DNA of 64,000 nucleotides from an uncultured Candidatus Micrarchaeota archaeon. GTDB taxonomy: Archaea; Micrarchaeota; Micrarchaeia; Micrarchaeales; Micrarchaeaceae. The notes under the pieces were generated by a model. That model searched no databases, was not told the origin of the DNA, and worked only from the letters and a program-made list of their open reading frames with translations. Numbering within the stretch: the stretch's first letter is position 1; each line of letters begins with the position of its first letter. Positions 57,932 through 64,000 of the stretch are shown in pieces. A program made the position numbers and the translations under genes. The stretch covers positions 32,001 to 96,000 of the forward strand of contig CAVUGN010000001.1 in NCBI GenBank assembly GCA_963741095.1, given 5' to 3'.

Positions 57932-58446
57932 CCGAGAACAAGATGCGCGAAGTGAAGATAAACAAGCTCGTAGTCAACATAGGCACGGGCAGCGAGGAGC
58001 CGAAGCTCGTCAACGCGAGGAGGCTCATCGAGACGCTCACGAAGAGGAAGCCGATGGATCAGCTGGCGAAGCACAGGCTGCCGGCCTTCAAGATAGCGCA
58101 GGGGCAGAAGATAGGCGCCTACGTCACGGTCAGGGGCAGCGACGCGATGGAGTTGGCGAAGAGGCTCTTCGACGCGGTCGGCAACAAGATTGACAGCAGG
58201 AAGGTCACGGACAACAGCGTGAGCTTCGGCATAAAGGAGTACATAGACATAAGCGGGGTCAAGTACGACCCTAAGATTGGAATGCTTGGAATGAATGTCA
58301 ACCTCTCGTTCATGAGGAGCGGATTGAGGGTTGCGCAGAGGAAGAGAAGGGTTGCGGAGGTGCCGGAATCCCACAGGAAGATATCGCCGGAGGAGATAGC
58401 CGCATTCCTGAAGAAGAATTTGGATGTAGAGGTTGTGAGCTCATGA
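57928..58446 (+). CDS. rpl5: 50S ribosomal protein uL5
   Basis: [16 protein letters not shown] and [26 protein letters not shown] start overlapping the eS4 stop. Confidence 0.95.
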   Translation: MTENKMREVKINKLVVNIGTGSEEPKLVNARRLIETLTKRKPMDQLAKHRLPAFKIAQGQKIGAYVTVRGSDAMELAKRLFDAVGNKIDSRKVTDNSVSFGIKEYIDISGVKYDPKIGMLGMNVNLSFMRSGLRVAQRKRRVAEVPESHRKISPEEIAAFLKKNLDVEVVSS

Positions 58447-58601
58447 TGGTTAGACTAGAAGAGAGGAGGAAAGGCAAGGGCACAAGGAAGTGCAGGATAT
58501 GCGGAGGCTCTAGGGCACTCATAAGGGCGCACGGGCTTCGCGTCTGCAGGAGGTGCTTCCGAGAGGTGGCCCCGGAGCTGGGCTTCAAGCAATACGGTTG
58601 A
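58443..58601 (+). CDS. rps14: 30S ribosomal protein uS14 (not in ORF track)
   Basis: [52 protein letters not shown]. Confidence 0.95.
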   Translation: MMVRLEERRKGKGTRKCRICGGSRALIRAHGLRVCRRCFREVAPELGFKQYG

Positions 58602-58605
58602 TTGT

Positions 58606-58986
58606 ATGGATAGATTCGCTGACGCTATAAACCAGATAAAGACGAACGAGCGCATTGGAAGGGAGGGCTGCGTTCTCCACTCCACGAAGCTGATAAAGTC
58701 CGTGCTCGAGGTCATGAAGAAGGAATCCTACATAACCGACTACGAGGAGTTCACGGAAGGCAAATTCAAGATGATAAAGCTGAAGCTGTCGAACAAGATA
58801 AACGGCATCGGCGTTGTCAAGCCGAGGTTCGCAGTCTCATACAAGACCATACAGAAATACGAAATGCGATACGTCCCGAGCAGGGACTTCGGAGTGCTCA
58901 TCATATCCACCTCGAAGGGAGTGATGACGAACAAGGACATCAAGACGGAAAAAATCGGCGGAAGGCTGCTGGCCTACGTCTACTGA
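58606..58986 (+). CDS. rps8: 30S ribosomal protein uS8
   Basis: KPRFAV, IISTSKGVMT and GGRLLAYVY. Confidence 0.96.
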   Translation: MDRFADAINQIKTNERIGREGCVLHSTKLIKSVLEVMKKESYITDYEEFTEGKFKMIKLKLSNKINGIGVVKPRFAVSYKTIQKYEMRYVPSRDFGVLIISTSKGVMTNKDIKTEKIGGRLLAYVY

Positions 58987-58995
58987 AATGATTCT

Positions 58996-59520
58996 ATGAT
59001 ACAGATAGCCATACCAGAGGGGGTCAAAGTCGACATCCAGGGCAGCACGATCAACGTGACCGGGCCCTTGGGAGCGAACAAGCGGACCATAAACGAGAAG
59101 ATGCTCACGGTCACGACCGCAGGCAAGGAGGTAAAGATCGACAGCGTCAAGACGTTCAAGAACTTGCTCAAGAAGACCTCTAACTGCGAGAATTCCTTTG
59201 CAAAGGAACTCAAGAATGACATGGCGGGAGTCACAAAGCACTATGAGATACAGATGAAGATCGTCTTCGCGCACTTCCCGATAAGCATAGAGATCAAGAA
59301 CGGCGAGGTCAGGATAAACAACATGATCGGAGAGAGGGCGCCGAGAATATCCAAGATTGTGGGCAGCACCAAGGTCGAGGTGAAGGGCCAGGACATGAGA
59401 CTGTACGGCACGAGCAAGGACGATGTGACGCAGACCGCCGCGAACCTCAGAAAGACGGTCAAGATAAGGAAGAAGGACGAGCGAACGTTCCAGGACGGAA
59501 TTTACTACAGCATAGATTGA
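58996..59520 (+). CDS. rpl6: 50S ribosomal protein uL6
   Basis: IPEGV, VTGPLG, AHFPI and KDERTFQDGIY. Confidence 0.95.
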   Translation: MIQIAIPEGVKVDIQGSTINVTGPLGANKRTINEKMLTVTTAGKEVKIDSVKTFKNLLKKTSNCENSFAKELKNDMAGVTKHYEIQMKIVFAHFPISIEIKNGEVRINNMIGERAPRISKIVGSTKVEVKGQDMRLYGTSKDDVTQTAANLRKTVKIRKKDERTFQDGIYYSID

Positions 59521-59524
59521 TTGC

Positions 59525-59893
59525 ATGATTGTCAAGAAAAAGAGCCACCCGAACTTCAAAGTGCCGAACTACGGCGCCAAGAACAGGAGTCGAGTCAAGG
59601 CCAGATGGAGGAAGCAGAGGGGCATAGACAACAAGAAGAGGATAAAGAAGGATTTCGCCGGAGCTGAGCCGACCATAGGCTACAAGAACATGGATTCACA
59701 GATGGGACTCAGGGCTGACGGCAACCGGATGATACTTGTGCACAACGTCGCAGAGCTGCAGGGCTTCATAGACAGGAAGGAGCTGCAGAATTGTGTGGTC
59801 ACGGTCTCGAGGAGCGTCTCCAAGAGGAAGAACGCCGAGATAACCGGGCTGGCGACGAAGAACAAAGTGAAGGTCACGAACGGTGTGTATTGA
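59525..59893 (+). CDS. rpl32e: 50S ribosomal protein eL32
   Basis: RWRKQRGIDNKKR, PTIGY and LVHNVAEL. Confidence 0.93.
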   Translation: MIVKKKSHPNFKVPNYGAKNRSRVKARWRKQRGIDNKKRIKKDFAGAEPTIGYKNMDSQMGLRADGNRMILVHNVAELQGFIDRKELQNCVVTVSRSVSKRKNAEITGLATKNKVKVTNGVY

Positions 59894-60366
59894 TGAGTGT
59901 AAAGCTTACCAGAAGGATAGCAAGCGAGCTGCTCGGAAGAGGGGCGACCAAGATAAGGTTCAAGCCTGAAGCCGTGCCGGACGCGGAGAAGGCACTGACA
60001 AGGGACGACGTTAGGGCGATGATAAAGAGCGGAAGCGTGTTCGCGCTCCCGATGAAGCACAACATCAGCGCCTACGGTGCGGAGCTCGCGAAGAAGCGAA
60101 CCCAGGGAAGGAAGAGGGGCCAGGGCAAGAGGAGAGGAACGCTCAAGGCGAGAGGACAGCTGGACTACAAGAAGAAGATAAGGGCCCAGCGCAGGGTCAT
60201 CGCCTCGCTCAAGGCCGACAAGACCATCGACAACCTGATGTTCAAGAAGCTGTATCTGCTGGTGAAGGGAGGAACCTTCCCGAACAAGGTCACGCTGCTC
60301 AACAGGATAAGGAGCGAGGGCGTGGCTCTTGACGAGGAGAAGTTCGCCAAGCTCAGGCACATGTGA
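59893..60366 (+). CDS. rpl19e: 50S ribosomal protein eL19
   Basis: RRIASELL, TRDDVR, GRKRGQGKRRGT, IRAQRR and KGGTF. Confidence 0.95.
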   Translation: MSVKLTRRIASELLGRGATKIRFKPEAVPDAEKALTRDDVRAMIKSGSVFALPMKHNISAYGAELAKKRTQGRKRGQGKRRGTLKARGQLDYKKKIRAQRRVIASLKADKTIDNLMFKKLYLLVKGGTFPNKVTLLNRIRSEGVALDEEKFAKLRHM

Positions 60367-60929
60367 TATTCATGCAAAAACTCAGACGAGTGAGGAGGAC
60401 AAAGGCTTTGACGAACTACAAGAAGCGCATAGCGATGCTGAAGGGCGGGCTGGCGAGAGTTGTAGTCAGGAAGAGCAACCGCGCGATAAACGTCCAGATC
60501 GCGGAGTACGACAGCACTGGAGACAAGGTGGTCACGAGCGCGAACTCGAAGGAGTTGAAGGCGTTCGGCTGGGAGCCAAGGAGCAACATACCCACTGCTT
60601 ATCTGACCGGGCTGCTGCTCGCGAAGAAGGCGAAGGGCATGAAGGGCAAGGAATTGATACTCGACATAGGCCTCTACAGGCCGATGAAGGGTTCTGTCAT
60701 CTTCGCCGCCGCGAAGGGCACGGTTGACGGTGGGATTAATATAATATCAAACATAGAGATTGATGCTAAGAGACTGTCGGGGTCGCACATAGCCGACTTC
60801 TCGATAAAGGGTGACGCGCTCGCGAAGGCGTCCAAGTCGCAGTTCACTGCCTACGCGAAGGCGAATTTCGACGTCAGCAAGATGACCGAGAAGTTCGAGG
60901 AGGTGAAGAAGAAGATATTGAGTGGTTAA
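60363..60929 (+). CDS. rpl18: 50S ribosomal protein uL18
   Basis: TNYKKR, RVVVRKSN, NIPTAYLTGLL and LDIGL. Confidence 0.95.
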   Translation: MIFMQKLRRVRRTKALTNYKKRIAMLKGGLARVVVRKSNRAINVQIAEYDSTGDKVVTSANSKELKAFGWEPRSNIPTAYLTGLLLAKKAKGMKGKELILDIGLYRPMKGSVIFAAAKGTVDGGINIISNIEIDAKRLSGSHIADFSIKGDALAKASKSQFTAYAKANFDVSKMTEKFEEVKKKILSG

Positions 60930-61601
60930 TTGGCATATCGTTACGTACAAAGGCGTGAAGAGGAGGTCAGGTTCAACATCGGGGACTGGGAGCCGCGCAC
61001 AGAGCTTGGCAGGAACGTCAAGGCAGGCACCGTCACCTCAATTGAGCAGATATTCCACGAGGGCAGGAGGATAGAAGAGCCTGAGATCATAGACGCTCTT
61101 CTGCCGAACCTGAAGAACGAGGTCATAGAGATAGCCAGCGTCCAGAGAATGACGAAGAACAACAGGAAGATGAAGTACCGCGTCACCGCGGTCGTCGGGG
61201 ACATGAACGGCCACATAGGCGTCGGCGCGGGCAAGGACATCGAAGTAAAGGCGGCGATAGACAGCGCGATAAAGAACGCGAAGAGCAACGTAATACCGAT
61301 AATACTGGGCTGCGGATCGTGGCAGTGCGAGTGCGGATCCAAGCACAGCATACCCTTCACTGTTGAGGGAAGGTGCGGCAGCGTGCAGATAATATTGAAG
61401 CCGGCGCCGAGAGGCCTTGGCATAGTCGCAAGCGGCCCGGTGAAGAAGGCCCTTGTGCTTGCGGGGCTGAAGGACGCGTGGACATTCTCGAGGGGAAGGA
61501 CAAGGTCCAAGTACAACACCCTGCTAGCTCTTTACAGGGCCCTTGAAGTGATAAACCACATGAAGAACATCCAGGAAAAGATGATGGCGGCACCGGAGTG
61601 A
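60930..61601 (+). CDS. rps5: 30S ribosomal protein uS5
   Basis: WEPRTELG, VQRMT, GCGSWQC and PAPRGLG. Confidence 0.96.
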   Translation: MAYRYVQRREEEVRFNIGDWEPRTELGRNVKAGTVTSIEQIFHEGRRIEEPEIIDALLPNLKNEVIEIASVQRMTKNNRKMKYRVTAVVGDMNGHIGVGAGKDIEVKAAIDSAIKNAKSNVIPIILGCGSWQCECGSKHSIPFTVEGRCGSVQIILKPAPRGLGIVASGPVKKALVLAGLKDAWTFSRGRTRSKYNTLLALYRALEVINHMKNIQEKMMAAPE

Positions 61602-61605
61602 TTTG

Positions 61606-62247
61606 ATGAGCGAGGGAATAATAGTGCCGGGTGAAAAGCTTGGCACAGAGGAGGAATTCGCAGCCGGGGAGAACACCTACGTCAACGGAGGCGTCATGTA
61701 TTCGACGGTAACCGGCGTGAAGACGGTCAAGGAGGGAGTCCTGAGCGTGAGGTCGGTTGGCCGAGAGGTGAGGACGGTCGGGAAGGGCATGCGCGTCCTG
61801 GGCAGCGTCGTCGGGGACATGAAGAGTGTCATATTCGTAAAGATAGACAACATCAACACGGACAACAGGGAGTACATCGCGATAAAGGACGGGAAGATAG
61901 TGATGCCGAAGGTGCACGACGGCGGACGCTTCCAGAGGCGCGGCGGCCCTTATGAGGGCAGGCACGAGCACATGAGGGAGGCGCCGAAGCCGATGAGGCC
62001 ATGCGGAATTGGCGACATAATAATCGCTAGCGTCCAATACAACGACAAGGATTCGTACGCCCTGAGCCTTGAGGGCATGGAAGAGGGAGTCGTCTATGCG
62101 AAATGCGAGCAGTGCAACGGCGAGATGGATCTTGAGGCGGGAAGGGGAACGCTCAGGTGCAAGATCTGCGGACACACCGAAGCAAGGAAGATAAGCTCGC
62201 TCTACAATAAGCCTGATGCTATAAAGAAGCTTTTCGAGGGGGTTTAA
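61606..62247 (+). CDS. csl4: Exosome complex RNA-binding protein Csl4
   Basis: VPGEKLGTEEEF, GENTY, S1 domain and Zn ribbon CEQC...CKIC...EARKIS. Confidence 0.9.
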   Translation: MSEGIIVPGEKLGTEEEFAAGENTYVNGGVMYSTVTGVKTVKEGVLSVRSVGREVRTVGKGMRVLGSVVGDMKSVIFVKIDNINTDNREYIAIKDGKIVMPKVHDGGRFQRRGGPYEGRHEHMREAPKPMRPCGIGDIIIASVQYNDKDSYALSLEGMEEGVVYAKCEQCNGEMDLEAGRGTLRCKICGHTEARKISSLYNKPDAIKKLFEGV

Positions 62248-62525
62248 TGAAGATAAACGTTAAAAAGGACGAGGGAAAGGAGCTTCAGATAGAGTTCGAG
62301 GCTCCGGACCTTACCGTGCCGGACATGATAGCAAAGGAATTGCTCACCAGCGACAGCGTCGAGTTCGCCGGAGTGCTGAAGGACCACCCGGAAGTGGGCA
62401 AGCCGCTGCTGGTGGTGAAGAGCAAGAAGAGCGCCAAGAGCGACCTGGTCAAGGCATTGGGAAACATAGATGAGGCTTTTACTGACTTGAAGTCCCAGAT
62501 CTCCAAGACAAAGAAAAGCAAGTAG
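62247..62525 (+). CDS. rpoL: DNA-directed RNA polymerase subunit L (Rpo11)
   Basis: ELQIEF and VEFAG...DHP. Conserved csl4-rpoL linkage. Confidence 0.88.
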   Translation: MKINVKKDEGKELQIEFEAPDLTVPDMIAKELLTSDSVEFAGVLKDHPEVGKPLLVVKSKKSAKSDLVKALGNIDEAFTDLKSQISKTKKSK

Positions 62526-62530
62526 ATTAG

Positions 62531-63085
62531 TTGAAAGCCGGAACAAGGCTTGTCGCAATCGCAAGCGGGCCTATACAGGGTAGGAAGCGTGCGCTTCTTG
62601 TAGGGATAGTAGCACAAAAAAATACGGTAGAGGGCGTGATATCCGGCAGCGTCGCGGTGAATGGCGACGACGCCACCAGAAGGATAATCTCGATGGTGGG
62701 CAAGACAAGGTTCAAGGAGCAGATAGGACTTGTCGTCCTGAACGGCGTGGCGATTGCGGGCCTGAACGTCGTGGATGTCGAGAAACTCGAAAAGGCCATG
62801 GGAGTCGAGACGATAATACTCACCAGGACAAGGCCCGATCCTAGGAAGCTGATCCATGCGCTCAATTCCTTTGCGAAGAAGGACAATGTTGACGTCAAGG
62901 GCAGGGTTGCGCTCGTGAGGGCGCAGGCGAAGAGAAAGACCGAAAAAGCCAGCGGCTTCCGTCTGCAGAGCCTGATGAGCAAACACGACCTCGCCGTCTT
63001 CGCCACACAGAGCTACGAGATGATTCGTGTGGCGCACCTTGTGGCAAACGGCGTTTCCACGGGCGAGTCCAGGGGCAGGATATAG
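62531..63085 (+). CDS. DUF99 family (endonuclease V-like) protein
   Basis: VNGDDAT, LNGVAIAGLNVVD and IRVAHLVANG. Typical rpoL neighbour. Confidence 0.8.
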   Translation: MKAGTRLVAIASGPIQGRKRALLVGIVAQKNTVEGVISGSVAVNGDDATRRIISMVGKTRFKEQIGLVVLNGVAIAGLNVVDVEKLEKAMGVETIILTRTRPDPRKLIHALNSFAKKDNVDVKGRVALVRAQAKRKTEKASGFRLQSLMSKHDLAVFATQSYEMIRVAHLVANGVSTGESRGRI

Positions 63086-63207
63086 ATACCTTCATGCCAT
63101 TAATTTGGAGGCATCGCAAGCCGTATATATTTGACCAATTTGATACTTATTGGGATGAGAGAGTTATTGCATGATGGAATGCAATAAACGTCACAGTAAA
63201 GGAGTGG

Positions 63208-63861
63208 ATGAACAGAAGCGCAAACAAGGACGGAAGGATGACGCCGCAGCGGGTGGAGGAACTGAGGGCGTTCGTTCGCGGAATAGATGTAACTCCAGAG
63301 GGTATAGTAAACAAGCCAGCCGCTGGGCCGAATGATATCGTAAAGAGATCCGATGTGGACAAGGATGTGGCAAGCGGATTGGGAAAGAAGCTGATGGAAG
63401 AATTAAAAAAGCAGAATGTCGACGCTGACAAAGTCAGTAAACTGATTTATGACGGGGCCGATCTGGATTTTGTCGACGAACACGGCAACACGGCGATGAT
63501 ATGGGCGGTGCGGAACGACAAGGCAGGATTCGTCGAGGCATTGATACGCGCCGGAGCCAACATGAACATCAAGGACGCCCAGGGCAACACCGCATTGATG
63601 CACGCCACAATCTATGGCAACGGGAACATCTTCAGCCTGCTGCTGAACAATGGCGCAGACATGGATCTGCAGAACAAGACAGGCATGACTGCGCTGATGC
63701 TGGCCGCGAAATATAGTGATGACAAGATCCTGCAGAAATTGCTGTCTGCAGGAGCAAACGTACGCCTTAGGGACAATCTCAACAGGACGGTTTTCGAGCA
63801 AAGGCGCATGTCCGAGAGCGTGAGAAGGATACTCGAAGGGATAGAGAACAGGAGGGTGTAG
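63208..63861 (+). CDS. Ankyrin repeat protein
   Basis: Repeats GNTAMIWAV...GANMN, GNTALMHAT...GADMD and GMTALMLAA...GANV. Confidence 0.92.
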   Translation: MNRSANKDGRMTPQRVEELRAFVRGIDVTPEGIVNKPAAGPNDIVKRSDVDKDVASGLGKKLMEELKKQNVDADKVSKLIYDGADLDFVDEHGNTAMIWAVRNDKAGFVEALIRAGANMNIKDAQGNTALMHATIYGNGNIFSLLLNNGADMDLQNKTGMTALMLAAKYSDDKILQKLLSAGANVRLRDNLNRTVFEQRRMSESVRRILEGIENRRV

Positions 63862-63865
63862 CATT

Positions 63866-64000
63866 CTAGCGGCTCTCCTGGTCGATGTAATTGTTGATGG
63901 CGTCTTCTGTGGTTTTTGGCGGGTTGCTCTGCGGAACGCTGTACTCCGGAGGATTGGATTCTCTTCTGAAGAGGGTAAGGTAGACGATGACCAGCGCTAC
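63866..64000 (-). CDS. 3' end of a membrane protein (partial)
   Basis: Open frame VALVIVYLTLFRRESNPPEY...IDQESR* running off the window end. Confidence 0.45.
   Translation of the reverse strand, partial: VALVIVYLTLFRRESNPPEYSVPQSNPPKTTEDAINNYIDQESR

Overview
Archaeal chromosome segment, most likely DPANN/Micrarchaeota-type. The lineage is an inference from the archaeal ribosomal operon, PriS, pelota, Csl4, CarS, the S-layer N-terminus and GGTGAT-type SD sites. The first ~33 kb is a cell-surface and glycosylation super-locus. It holds a GT-C-like membrane protein, an S-layer protein, a second surface protein, and an STT3/AglB oligosaccharyltransferase with a non-canonical VWPDG motif and about 7 single-base frameshifts. 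It continues with FBP aldolase/phosphatase and a complete nucleotide-heptose pathway: a transaldolase-HddA kinase fusion, 2x GmhA, GmhB, an HddC-like nucleotidyltransferase, a second HddA and an HldD-like epimerase. These genes are interleaved with 7 FkbM methyltransferases, 4 radical SAM enzymes (2 cobalamin-binding, 2 SPASM/twitch) and 4 soluble glycosyltransferases. The middle has a NitT/TauT ABC transporter, carS-alaS and a solo Cas4/Exo5-like nuclease. Next is an AT-rich island with a tandem-Lrp protein carrying a transposase-like N-terminus, TGAGATTATG repeats, a long-range RNA stem, two unannotated small ORFs and a stand-alone RAM-domain gene, followed by an AbiE-like toxin-antitoxin pair. 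The rest is housekeeping: dedA, pelota, ilvE, eno, dPGM, pth2, priS, and rnp1 through rps5 joined directly to csl4-rpoL-DUF99, plus an ankyrin protein. No rRNA, tRNA or true CRISPR array was recognised. Scattered single-base indels suggest sequencing or assembly error.
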